Source: Lama glama
Taxonomy: Eukaryota
NCBI GenBank assembly: GCA_028534125.1
Contig: CM052818.1
Span: forward strand, 12,464,001 to 12,528,000
Length of the DNA: 64,000 nt
Reading direction: 5' to 3'
Shown: piece after piece, positions 12,589-24,929 of the stretch
How the letters are laid out: every line of letters starts with the position of its first letter
Position numbering within the stretch: the first letter of the stretch is position 1
Translations under genes and position numbers: made by a program
Notes under the pieces: generated by a model
Seen by the model: only the letters and a program-made list of their open reading frames with translations
What the model was told of the DNA's origin: nothing
Database searches by the model: none

Positions 12589-14091
12589 TTTCAAAGCAAT
12601 AAAATAGAATTTGTGCCGTGATGTAATCGATAGGATGTACCTTCAGTTTGCTCCTTTCTACCTCCCTCTCACCTCTACCTCTTTCATTCTGTACCCTTTA
12701 AGCATGTGAATTTTGCTTTAAAAATAAAAATCAGGTTTCTGAAAGCAATTTGGAAAGTAAAGCAGGTTGATTTGCCCAAACTTATACGTCCTCCTTTGAT
12801 ACTGAAGATTATTAACCTCAAATTTTGTGTGTTGAAAGAAAAAAATATATAGAATTAGGGCAAAAGAAATGGCGTTTTGTCAACAATTCTTCAGCATCTT
12901 CTAAGTTTCCATGAGCCATTTGTAGAGAGAAGGACTGGGAGACAAAGGAAGTTGTTTCAGTATGAAAGAAAAATTTCCATGTCACTTTTTTTTGTTTGAT
13001 AATTTAGAGAAAATTCCTCCCCTGCATGCATACAAAAAAACAGAACTCACAGATACGGTTCCACTTTGGGAGAGATTCTGTAAACAGAACCAGTCAGTAT
13101 TCCACCGGAACTCATAAAATCCTACCTTGAAGAAGGGGAAGAAACTGTCTGTAGTATTTCTCTGGCTAGAACGATGACATTTTAAAAAATGTTTTTCAAG
13201 GAAAGAAAAGCTCAGAAAGATGTTATACATTTAAAGTGGTTAGTATATTATAGAATATATGATTCTTATTTCTGATTCTCTGTATTTTACAAAGTACAAG
13301 TATCACTTTCTTGTCTGAAAAACTATATAAACTGCACAATAGGCTAGTGTAAAAAATTAATAACACTTCCATCGTCTCTCTGGAATATTAACAGCATAGA
13401 ATTCCAAGTGCTGCAAAACTGAGCTCTGGACCTGAGGACCTTACCAACCATTAACCTGTTAAGAGAATGATTTACATATAATGTTGTCAGAAGAAACATC
13501 AAACACGTGTTACTTCTCTATTCTCTAAACTTTGTTTCTACTTTCAAGCCCAGTTAGCATCTGGGAAACTATATTCTTTTATCCTAAAAGAAAAGTCCCC
13601 ATCAACAAACTTCAGTGATATTCCAAGACCTTACCTTTTAATAAGAAAGAGAAGCAGACATGAACCTGTGTTAACAAAGGGCAGTAAGGAGCTTGGAGGC
13701 ACCAGTGGTCCATTAACAGCCAATGGATGGAGCCACTGTGGCTCAGGAAGTGTGGGTGCATCCTGCATCCTTTCACCAGGAGTCGCATGGTTACTGGACC
13801 CCAGGTAAATTGCTCGAGGGTGATAAACTTCAGAGAGCTAGTAAAGAGAATCCCCTAACTGGTCTGCTGCTTCTTCCTGATTTTACTATACCTCCGACTC
13901 CCCTCTCTAAGGGAATTTAAAGTGTGGTGGTTGGAAACATGAAGTTTTATGATTATAATTTCATGACAGAATTCCATTTTTGCTGAATAGGTTAGATCTA
14001 AGTCTGGTCTATATTTTTCTTGGCTGATTGAGGAATTGAAGGTAGTAATTTTCTTCAAGTGGATTAACTAAATAAATCTTTTTAAATAGTG

Positions 14092-14240
14092 ATTCATTCA
14101 TTCATTCATTCATTCACCCACCAAATGTGTATTGAGCAACTTAACTAGATCCTGGTACTATTCTGTGTACTTGGGATACAGCAGTGAATGAAAGGAAGTA
14201 ATAATCTGTGTCCTCATGGTGCTTATATTGTCATAGAAGA
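14092..14240 (-). mobile_element. L2 3' end with (TTCA)n tail
   Basis: attcattcattcattc...aaatgtgtattgagcaac...gggatacagcagtgaa...cctcatggtgcttatatt. Confidence 0.8.
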
Positions 14241-15257
14241 AACCACAGGAAAAGCATATACTGGTCTTCATTTCTTATTTTTTAATTCAACCTAAGTTTA
14301 GCTATATTTTAAAGAATCCTCTCAATAACATTCAAATATTTATTCTTTAACTTTTAAAATATCCTACAACTAGCATTTCTGTAAAAATATCAATATATTA
14401 ACACAAACTATATTTTATAAGTTTTTGTGCTAAATGTTTTCCCACCCAATGATAGTTATTTTTATTTTGTTTAAAGAGCTGTGATGTCATCAAAAGAGGA
14501 TTTACTTATCTAGATAGATAAATATGTATCTCTATATATGTATCCATGTATATGTATATATAGAGAGATACGCATCTGTACATGAAAACAGACATTAAAA
14601 AAGCAAAACTATTTGATATCTTGGTGATTTTTATGGCAAATTATCTAGAAACTCTTCTCTATGTCAAGCTATTTTGATATTTATAAGGATGATTTCATAT
14701 TGTTAATGTGTTTTCAAAATAAGGCATAACTATTTTCTCATATAAAAGATATAATCAACTTGCTAATATCCAAAAAATCTTTGTTGTATCTTTTGAAATT
14801 GAGGATTTATTCTAATCAGCAAATCCAGTGGATTTTTTTCCCTCAGGTTTTTTTTTTTTTTTTTGGATATTTTATTATGTTGTTAGTGATGAATAGTCTG
14901 TTTCATCACTAGTGATAATAATTATGTCAAGGGAAATTTTAGAACTCTTTTTTACATTTTCTTCTGCTGCCTGCATTATTAAGGCCAGTTCTTATTTTGC
15001 TTCTCATCATGGTTTTTCTGTTTTGCTTTTCCTCAAATGTTGTTGATCCTTGTTTCACCATTTATATTTATTAATTAAGTATTGATTGACCAGTTAGCTG
15101 GTGAAGATTTCCTTTGCATTTGATAGGTTTCTTCTTCTTTTAAACTGAAGCACAGTTGACTTACAGTAGGGGTAAATGCATCATTTCGTTGTCAAGCAGA
15201 CTTTCCTCTAAGATGACAGGGCAGGACCTCCAAATTTGCCAAGTTGACTTTGCTAAG

Positions 15258-15439
15258 TAGAGTTTCTGGATTTAGTAAATAAAAATAAAGGATGGCTTGT
15301 TAAATGTTAATTTCAGATTAACCAATGAGTGATGTTATGTGTGTATGCTACATGAAATATTTTGGAAATACTTATTCTGTTGTATATCTGAAATTCACAC
15401 ACTCTGTATTTTTTTTTTGTATTTTGTCTAGTATCCCTA
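15258..15439. mobile_element. MER53-like palindromic hAT MITE
   Basis: gatttagtaaataaaaataaagga...aatttcagat...atctgaaatt...cccta matches the recalled MER53 layout. Confidence 0.7.
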
Positions 15440-16269
15440 CCACCAGATGTTTGCAAAGTTCAGCTGTATCTCAGATTTTGCCTTTCTTCTCTCTCTATTC
15501 CAGTCATTTGTTTCATCACTCCAGAGAACCAGATATTTCTTGCAAAATGATTGGTAAATGGGATTGAGGGCTCCAGCCATCCTGTAGATCATCATTCTCT
15601 TATCCACCCAGTTTCCTGCCCTGAAAAAAACTCCCTAGAGCCACTCATGGTCACTCTTTGTTCATAGCCACACTGGGAAGATCAGAGCTTGTGTGGAGTC
15701 CAGAAATGTGTCAGACTACCTCCCCTGGAAATGACATAGTTCTATAGTTTTTGCAGTACTGTGCGTCTGTGTTTTATGCATTTTTACAATCCTTCCCATG
15801 GGATCTTGAAGAGGAAGAGAAACTACATGGATGACAAGAGCCATTATCTTTCAATGTGTATCCACGTCTCTCATTTAGAATTGTTCATCCAACCTCCAGA
15901 AAAAAAAAAAAGCTGTGTGAAGAATTATTTAAAAGAATTTATAAGTTCTGACTGCACTTCTTCCAGCTGTACCATATTTCTCTGCTGCAACATAAAGCAA
16001 AACTCTTCAAAAGAATTGTTCCCATTTTTATCTCCAAGCCTCCCTGCCGCTTGTTGTGAATCAACTCAAATCAGGCTTTCATCCACAACAATTCCATCTT
16101 ACTACTGAGAAATAAGAGAATCACCTTCACAGTAAATAGGGTATCTCTCTTCTGGTGGGTAATTTTAGCCGTTATTCAAACCTGTTGTGGCTTCAAATGT
16201 GGTGTTGATTCAGTAGCTAAGTATATGACAAGAAGAGGGAATGCAGATCAGTATTTTATAATTTTTTTT

Positions 16270-17450
16270 CTGAATAAATTTAAGATGAATTAACTGTTTA
16301 CATAAAAAGTCGAAGTATTAAAAGAACATATACCAAAATGTTCACAAAGTTTGGAGTAAAGTAAACTTCCTTGACGTGCAAGGCATTATCCATAGGGGAA
16401 AATATCAATAGATTAAATTACAAAAAAGATTGAATATTTTTGTGAATCAAAAGAGAGCATGTCTTAGTCCACTCAGGCTGCTTTATAACAAAAATACCGT
16501 AGACTGGGTGGCTCAAATAACAGACTCTTACTTCTCACTATTTTGGAGGCTGGGAAGTCCAAGATCAAAGTCTGGTTCATGGATGGCCAGCTTCTTGCTG
16601 GGTCCTCACATTGTGGACCAGGTGAGGGAGTCCTCAGGGGCCTCTCTTATAAGGGCACTGATTCCATTCATAAGGCTCCTCCCAAAGGTGCAGTCTAAAA
16701 ACCATCCCTCACTGGGAATTGAGCATTTCAGCATATAAATTTTAGGGGCACAAATGTTCAGTCCATGGCAGAGCATAAAAATAAAACAACTAAAAAGTTA
16801 GGGAAATATGTGTAAGAATTGTTGACAAAGAATCATAATACTTGATATGTAGTAACTTTCTTCAGAATCAATGGAAGGAAGTCCCAACAGCAAAATGGGC
16901 ACAGGGCATACCAGCAGAAGGAAGACGTGCAAAAAGTCAGTGAACGCTGTGCAAAACTACTCAGTCTAACACTAAGTAGAGCGATGTAAATACAACAGCA
17001 ATTTGTGTCACCTCTTGCCTATCAGAGATATGTAATTTTTTCAGAACGTCAATACTCTGGGAGAGAATAAATGTATAGCCTCTGTCCTGCATGGCTGGAG
17101 GATGTTTAAATAATAAAAAGAAACAAAACTCTCAAGAGGGCAAAATGGCACTATGTTAAAAAAAAAATCTCTAAAGTCTACTTATATTTTATTCAATCTG
17201 TGAATTTATTCTAAGGAAATAATGAAATAATCAGAAAAGTGTGCAAATATGTATTCAACAATATTAACTGCAATATTGCTTTTATGAGACTTTTTAAAAA
17301 TTGAGAAAAATAAGTATTTGGTTATACAAATCATAGTTCATCTCTATGATGGTTTATAATTCAATTATTAAGTGATATTATATAATAATATTTAAAAGCA
17401 TTGCTTTAAGTTCCCTATTATATCACTAAGTGTAATATTAGCGTACAAAA
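16270..17450 (+). mobile_element. Degraded L1ME-type ORF2 tail/3' UTR, interrupted by MLT1A
   Basis: A-rich L1-like text (tgacaaagaatcataatacttgatat..., caaaatgggcacagggcat, gaatttattctaaggaaataat). Confidence 0.55.
16460..16770 (-). mobile_element. MLT1A-like MaLR solo LTR
   Basis: tgtcttagtcc...ggaggctgggaagtccaagatcaa...ttcagtccatggca with TG...CA ends. A perfect 5-bp TSD gagca lies at 16455-16459 and 16771-16775. Confidence 0.9.
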
Positions 17451-17768
17451 CAGTACTTGTGATAGGAGTACAAAATTTTCCTGCCTTCTCGCATTTCATA
17501 TTTAACAAGCAGAAGTCCTGTCCATCCTATTATTTATCTCTCATATCCTTTCTCTCTTCTCTCTATCCCTGAAGCCAGTAAACTTAACTGACTTTTCCCA
17601 TTTGAACTGTTAAGATAGCTTCTTTATCAGTTTTTCTTTCATTTCCATTCTACCACCAAAACAATCTAATACTCAGATCTGATCATTTGTCTCCCTCCTC
17701 AAAGGTCATCAGTGGTTTTCCACAGCCCGTCTGTTGTGCACCCATCTCAGGCTATGGATGGCCAATTT

Positions 17769-18283
17769 TGTGACTAGACCAGCCCTTAGCGTTCTTATTA
17801 TGACTACAAGGTGCACTTCAGCAGTAACCATCAGGAAACTTTGAAAAAGGGTTTATTACTTACAAGTCCTGGAAATTACACGGCACACCTGGGGCCAGAG
17901 CCAGGTCACAGGTAGAGAGAGAGAGAGAGAGTGCAGGTCTGGGGTCCTGCTTTTATTAGGGTCGAGGGTGGGGGACCTAAGGTACCCTGGGCTCACTCTT
18001 TCTTGGTGAATTTAAAACATAAGAGTGGGAATTTAAACTGTGGGGAGAGAAAAAAAAACAAGTAGCCCCAAAAGGTCGGTTATAGACATCAGCCAGGAAC
18101 TGTAAAACAGGGCGGGGAGGCGACTGGGCTTTGTCCAGCCCTGTGGCTGGCCATGTGTTTACCCGAGATAGCCATCTTTGAAGCGGATATCTATTTGAAG
18201 TGGCTACCTGGGCAATCAAAGCTTAAGACAGGCGCCTGCATTGCCAAAAAAAATAAAAGTAAGAACAACGGTCAGGGCTTACA
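17769..18283 (-). mobile_element. ERV-type solo LTR (family not identified)
   Basis: TG...CA termini, antisense polyA signal (gtttatta, about 17852), an internal (GA)n and an antisense TATA-like ttttatt (about 17951). Confidence 0.65.
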
Positions 18284-18396
18284 CTGCAATGTCTGAAAAC
18301 GTCCAGGCTGCTGAGCACATAACGTACAAATCTTCATAATCTGAAGCCTAGTTACCTGTTTAGGCTCTTGCGACATCGCTAGGTTCCTCAGTTCCC

Positions 18397-19280
18397 TCTG
18401 GATTAGTCTGCAGGGTTGCCATAACAAATCACCACACACTTGGTGGCTTAAAAGACAGGAAGTATCTGTACTCATGGTTCTGAAGGCCGAAAAAGTCCAA
18501 AATTAAGGTGCCTCTTGAGTTGATTCCCTCGGAGGCAGACTCCCCCCTCCCTCAGAGGGCGAATCCTTGAGTGCCTCTCTCCTCGCTTTGATGGCTGCCA
18601 GCAGTCCTGGGCATTCCTTGGCTTGACGTTGCTTAAGGCCAATCTCTGCATTGTTAAAACAAAAGAAATGAAACTGAAATAACAGGATGCAAATGACCCC
18701 CACAACGGCAAACCAAGACTTGGCTCTAGTTTTGTTCTTCAGCAGGAGTGTAATCCTGTCCAGCCCGGAGTGTTCTGGTCAGCACCAGAGAGGTCATCTA
18801 TAGGTAGGCCCTCTCCCTCCCTTAGAGGATGAAGAAGCAATCTGCAACATAAAGCCCTTGCCATTCCTACCGCCCCACCCCGCCCTACAAATGTCCTGAC
18901 CTAAAATAATCCTTTCTTTCCTTTTGCTAATCACTCTGTTGCCTCACTTTTCTTCCTATAAAAACTTTCCGTTTTGTGCAGTTCTTCGGAGCACCTTCTG
19001 GTTGCTGGATGGGATGCTGCCTGATTCACGAATTGCCTAACAGAGCCAGTTAGATCTTCAAACTTACCTGGCTGAATTTTGTTCTTTAATCGCAGCTATC
19101 TTCACATGGCCTTCTTTTTCTTTCTCCATAAGGATGCCAGTCATTGGATTTAGGGCCCACCCTTCATGCAAGATGACCTTATCTCAGGAACCCTAATGAT
19201 ATCTGCAAAGACCGTATTTCCAAATAAGGTCACATTCCTGGTTCTGGGGGGTTAGGACTTGGGTGTATCTTTGAGTGTAC
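18397..19280 (-). mobile_element. MLT1C/B-like MaLR LTR split by a nested LTR
   Basis: ggttgccataacaaatcaccacacacttggtggcttaaaa... ends at ccaatctctgc and resumes at tcttcacatggccttct...tttccaaataaggtcacattc. Confidence 0.85.
18652..19091 (+). mobile_element. MER34/MER39-like ERV1 solo LTR nested in MLT1
   Basis: Starts tgttaaaac and has a TATA (cctataaaaa, about 18955). The tail gatgggatgctgcctgattcacgaat...agatcttcaaact...gaattttgttctttaa is typical of the MER34 group. A possible 4-bp TSD is gcat/gcag. Confidence 0.75.
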
Positions 19281-19460
19281 CAGAATTTCCCAGAAGGCTT
19301 TTAGGCCTAGATTCCTGGGCCCTTGCTCCAGAATATTTGATTTAGGAGGTCTTGGGATTGGGGAAGGAAAGGACCTGATAATTTGCATTTCTAAGAATCT
19401 CACAGGTGATGCTGACGGTCCTGGTCTAGGGAATTAGTCTTTGTGAACCTCTATGTTAGA
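19281..19460. mobile_element. MER5A-like hAT-Charlie element
   Basis: gattcctgggccc...ccaga...tgattt aggaggtct...aatttgcatttctaagaatctcacaggtgatgctga. Confidence 0.7.
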
Positions 19461-19769
19461 GAAGCAACACAGTCACACACAGAAACTTGGTCTTTAATAA
19501 TAATGTTTAAGTGATTAACATGTAACTGGAAACTATTCAGTAATTTTGCTGTGAGTAGGAAACAGAAAAATTGCTTTACTCTTATAGACAAGATACTGCC
19601 AGTGCCTCATTTCTTGGACATACATTCTTTATGTCACTCCCTGCTCTAAAACCCCTACTTGTCCCCTCTTTTCTATACTTCTGATCCCCTCTATGGTTTA
19701 TGTAACCGGCAGATCGCAACAGATTGGTAAGAGTTACCTGAAGTGCAGTGTTAAGAAGGATTTTGAGGT

Positions 19770-19955
19770 TTGGTTGCCAGATAAAATATAAGATCCTAGT
19801 TAAATTCGGATTTCAGATAAACAATAGACACTTTTTTGTTCCAGTTTCTCTCATGCTGTATTTGGGATATACTTACACTAAAAAATTATTGTTCATTTGA
19901 AATTCAGGTTTAACTGGATGTCCTGCACTTTCATTTGTTAAATCTGGTCATCTTG
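19770..19955. mobile_element. MER53-like palindromic hAT MITE
   Basis: ggttgccagataaaata...tttcagataaacaa...tgaaattcaggtttaactggatgtcctg...aaatctgg. Confidence 0.8.
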
Positions 19956-21269
19956 CTGACGATGTTCCCAGGCTAACAGGGAAGGTGAGGTGATTTGCTG
20001 TGTCTGTTGCTGAATAACCCTTGCTTGAAACTGGAATTCTCCATCAGACCTTCACTTATATGGAATGGGGAGACCCTTCTTATCAGGAGAGAAACAAGGG
20101 GATCTGTTTTCTGTCAGAACATGTCAACCACTTCTCACTGAAAACAATCTGATATCCATCACCTGGAATTCACATAGTGTGGGATGTGAGAGAAGGGGGG
20201 TGTTGGCAGCAGCTGCTGTGATAAGTGTTGCATCATTTTGTGATAATGGCTCTTAGCAGTGGAAGCCATCAACTGCTTTCAAATTAGGTCAGCGATGACT
20301 CTGCCGTTTGTCACTAAACCAGCCCAGTCTCACAAACGCCGCTGATTCCGAGAAGACGACAGGATGCAACTGCACTTTAATCTGCGGGTTTGACCAAATG
20401 GCTCTGGTTCTTTACAGCCAGAATATCCTTACACCATCAGCCCCAAGTCAGTGTTTGAATAGCTGCCCTATAATTTTCTCCATGCTAAGTATTTTCTTAA
20501 GCGAAATTCTTTCTTCGTATCCTGAAATAAAGTATAAGTCTGGTTGACACACTTGCAACAAAATGCTTCTTATCGCTGAAAAACAGCTGGTTAGAACCAT
20601 CAATATGAATTTAGGTGACCTGAAATCTGGTCTCCTGTGTAGAAAATATTGTTCTCACTTTAATGTAAGTGAACACATGCTACTCTCAAAAATGTTTGTT
20701 TATTCTAAAGAAAAATGTGTGCATTAAAATTTTGAGAATTGGTACAATATGGACTTCTGCTTTCAAGGTGATGAAGGAGACATAGCTTCCCTATTTCTCC
20801 TGTTATGTATGAGTGAAAATCCTGGGTATTATAAACAAAACAAACATAGGAAGGTTCTGAGAGGTGAAGAGAAGGGAGCAGACTATGGACATCAGGAAGA
20901 AAGGAGCAACACTGCGTCAGCTCATTGGGTTTTATTTTTGCCTCATATGAATCTCAGACTCGAGGCAGAAGGAGCTGGCTTTGAAAAGACCATCAGGCAC
21001 TGGTAAAAGAAACACCAGCAAAAGCTTGGTGTCTCGAGTCAAAGGGCCAGAGAAGAGAGGCAGCAGTAATGAGGCATCTCCCACTTTCCCCACTGGGGAG
21101 GTGTCAGAGGAGACCTAGTGGAGACGCAGGACCCTCAGGAATGCACAGCTAAATGACATCGTGGTGGAGGCCGTGTGGTAAGAAGTAATCCGCAGGGAGG
21201 CCATCATATCTGTACCACATGCCTGGGGACCCGCCACAGAGCTCTAGGGAAGGGTGAAGAATAGATTTT

Positions 21270-21370
21270 ACGAGCCAAGGCTTTCAACTAGCTGAGTTCC
21301 AATCTGATCTGTGCCACTTGCTACCTAGGTGGCTTTGGGAAAATTAACTTAATTTCTCTGAGCATCACTG
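21270..21370 (+). mobile_element. MIR-like fragment within the L1 5' region
   Basis: ctgagttccaatctgatctgtgccacttgctacctaggtggctttgggaaaattaacttaatttctctgagc. Confidence 0.65.
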
Positions 21371-22707
21371 GAGGCCTATTGCGAAGGAGAGAATTCACAC
21401 AGTAGTGAACTCAACCAAAATGAAAATACAGCATATTACAATCTGTGGTACACAGCTAAAGCAGTGCTGAGAGGGATGTTATAGAATTCAATGCACACAA
21501 TTAAAAACAGGAAGAGGCTCAATCAGTAATCTAAGCTCCTCCCTCAAGAACGTGGAAAAAGAAGAACAAAATAAATCCAAAGCAGGCAGAGGGAGGAAAT
21601 AATATAAACCTGGAAACCAATAAAATTGAAAACAGGAAAGCAATAGAGAAAAGTCAATAAAACAAAAATTTGGCTGTTTGAAAAGATCAATAAAGTTGAC
21701 AAATCTCCGACAAGATTGACAAAGAGAAAAAGAGAGAAGACATAAATTATCAATGTCAGAAATTAAACAGGGGAAATCACAACAGGCCTTTAGATGTTAA
21801 AAGGATAATAAGGGAATACTATATACAACTCCGCACACTTCAGTTTGACAACTTGGATGAAATAAAAATACCAATTACTTGAAAAACACAAAATACCGCA
21901 CTGCCACAATATGAACTAGATCATTTGAATAACTTTATAACTATTAAGGGAATTTAATTCATCATTTAGAAGTTCCCCCAAGGAATTCACCAGGCCCAGG
22001 AGTTTCACTGAGAATTCTAGGAAACATTTAAAAATAATTAACACCAATTATACACAATTTCTTCCAGAAAACAGAAGAGGAAGTATCACTTTCTATTTCA
22101 TTGTATGATGCTAGTATTATTCTAATATGAAAATCAGACAAAAACAGTACATAACCAAACAAACAGCAGGCCAATATCTTTTATGAATAAATCCAAAAAC
22201 CCTTAATGAAATATTAGCAAATAGAATTCAACAATACAACACAAGACGTATGTGCCATGACCAAGTGATCTTTCTTCCTGGGGTGTGAGATTGGTTCAGT
22301 ATTCAAAAATCAGTCAGTGAAATCCACTACACTAACAGGCTAAAGAAGAAAAATCACATGATTGTATCAACTGATGGAGAAAAAAAATTTTTTAAAAATT
22401 CAATACCCATTCGTGATTTAAAAAAAAAAAAACTACTAGAAAAATAGGAGTAGAGGGGGACTTCTGCAACTTGATAGAAAACCGTCAACTAACATACTTA
22501 GTGGTGAAAGGCTGAATGCTTTTCCCTAAGATCAGGAACAGAGCAAGGATGTCTGTTCTCATCATTCTTATTCAACATAATGATGGAAAGTCTAGCCGGT
22601 GCAGTAGGAAAGGAGAGAAAATAAAAAGGCATACAGATCAGAAATAAGGGAATAAAATCGTCCCTATTTGCAGATGATATGATTGTCTCTGTAGAAAACT
22701 CCAAGGA

Positions 22708-22776
22708 AATAATAATAATAATAATAATAATAATGATAATAATAATAACAACAACAACAACAACAACAACAACAAC
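22708..22776 (+). repeat. Compound (AAT)n(AAC)n microsatellite inside L1 ORF2
   Basis: Direct reading. It produces the poly-V/poly-I ORF on the minus strand. Confidence 0.95.
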
Positions 22777-24329
22777 TCCTAGAACCAATCATTAAATTCA
22801 GTAAGGTTGCTGAATACAAAACCAACATACAAAAATCAAATCAATTATATTTCAATATACTAGAAATGAACATATGAATACTGAAATAAAAATATACTTA
22901 ATTGCTCACAAAATGGAATACTTAGGTAAAAATCTTAATAAAAACTGTACAGGATTTACATGCTAAAAACTACAAAATGCTGATGAGATAAATCAAGGAA
23001 TGTCTGAATATAGTGAGAGACAAGAGGTATTCATGTATTGGAAGAGTAAATATAGTAAAGATACCAGTTCTCCTCAAATTGATATATAGGTGAAAAACTA
23101 CAAAGCTTAAAAGAACTGGATAAAATCTTGGGGAACTTAAGGATTGGCAAAGAGTTTTAAAGCTTGACAACAAAAACATGATCCATAAGAGGAAAAACTG
23201 ATGAACTGGACTTTATCAGAATTAAAAACTTTTTGTTCCATGAAAGATCTCAGTAAGAGGATGACTTGACAAGCTAGAGTGGAAGAATATATTTGCAAAC
23301 CAACCATCCAACAAAAGACCAGTGCCTAGAATATATAAAGAACTCACAAAACTAAAAAAAAATCTAGTTAGAAAATGAGCAAAAATCTCAAAGAAATATT
23401 TCCCCGTAAAGAATATCCAGATGGCAAATTAGCTCATGGAAAGATGTTCAGCATCATTAGCCATTAGGGAAAGACAAATTAAAACCACAGTGAGCTATCA
23501 CTGTACACCTCTCAGAACAGCTTAAACAAAAGTGACATCACCATATGTTGAAAAGGATGAAGGAAAACTAGATTATCCATGCATTGCCAGTGGGCATGTA
23601 AAATCATACAGCCACTCTGCAAAGAGTTTGATAGTTTTTTTTTTAATGCAACTACGATAGCCCTCATACCCCGTAATTTGCACTTCTAGACATGTATCCC
23701 AGAAAAATGAAAATTTATGTTCACTCAGAAATGTGTTCATGAGTACTTATGCAGCTTTGTTCTAATAGCCCCAAACTGGAAACAACCCAGAAATTTTTCA
23801 ATGAGTGAATGATTAAATAAACGACAAGACATCTATATCATGGCATACTACTCTGCAAGAAAAAGGAATAAATATTGATATACACAACAGCCTGGACGAA
23901 TCTCCAGAGTCATGCTGAGTGAAAAAACTAATCCTTAAAAGTTATGTAAGTTATGATTCCATTTTTATAGCATTCCATAAAAGATAAATTTATAGAAATG
24001 GAAAACATAATTAGTGCTTGTCAGGGATCAGAGTAGGGCTAGTGTGAGAGGGAAGTACGTGTGGTTATAAAAGAGACACATGAAGGATTTTTGTGATGAT
24101 GAAAATGTTCTGTATCTCAGCTGAGTCGATGTCAGTATCTTGGCTGGTACGTTGTACCTTCATGTTAGAAGATGTCACTATTGGGAGGAAACCGGGTAAA
24201 TGTAAATCTCTCTGAATTATTTCTTACAACAAAATATGAACCTACAATTACCTCAAAATAAAAAAAGTTTAATTAAACATTACACAATCTGATAATTGCA
24301 GGCCATTGAGACTCAACTGATCCTGAACT

Positions 24330-24550
24330 AGGACTGTAAGTCTTCATCTCATTTAATTCTCATAACAGCAAGCAAGTAATTAATATTTTACTTTTGATGC
24401 TGATAACATTGATGTTCTGAAAAATTAAATAGTTTTTCTAAGGTTATGTTATTATAAGGGGTACTTAAAATATTTTTCAAGATAAATAAATAAAAGTCAC
24501 AGCCAAAATTAAATCTGAATCTTCTGATACCAAGTTGAATGCCCCTCCGT
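24330..24550 (-). mobile_element. MIR fragment
   Basis: atctcatttaattctcataacag...gaatcttctgataccaag. Confidence 0.5.
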
Positions 24551-24929
24551 AGGAAACTGTCGTTTATTCTTTGAAGTGGTTCATCAAGAGAAATCATTCT
24601 TGAAAGTCGAAGATTTTGTATGTGAAACTTTTTAGACCTCTGAATTAAGAAGGGTAGGTAATATAGTTCCAATTTGAAAACTGAAGGAATTGAGGTCTAT
24701 CATGGTTAAATAGCTTGGATTCTAGATGATGCTCTTCCATTGTAACAAAGGCAAGGGAGGCAGAGAGTGGCCACCCACTCCCCAGGTTCCTGAGTGAACA
24801 TTTCTACTAAGATAATTCTTGCATTTGGTTCTAAGTTTACTTCTTTCTCCTTTTGTATGTTATAAATGGTAAATACCATCAAGTCCAAAACCCCTGAGCT
24901 AACGTCATTCATGTGTCACTGGTATTCAG

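Larger units (their letters stand above)
20750..24278 (+). mobile_element. L1MC/L1MD-type LINE-1 with 5' segment, ORF2 (including RT) remnants and a complete 3' UTR; internally deleted
   Basis: The 5' end reads ggacttctgc. ORF2 DNA runs from about 21410 (ggtacacagctaaagcagtgctgagaggga) and includes the RT catalytic FADDMIV codons at about 22667. The 3' end reads ...ctacaattacctcaaaataaaaaaagtttaattaaa. Confidence 0.9.

Noticed and set aside
14505..14580. Self-complementary TA-rich stretch
   Set aside because: Low-complexity (TA)n-like sequence is trivially palindromic.
22498..22788. ORF with a poly-Val/poly-Ile hydrophobic run resembling a membrane protein
   Set aside because: It is the antisense reading of an (AAT)n(AAC)n microsatellite within L1 ORF2.
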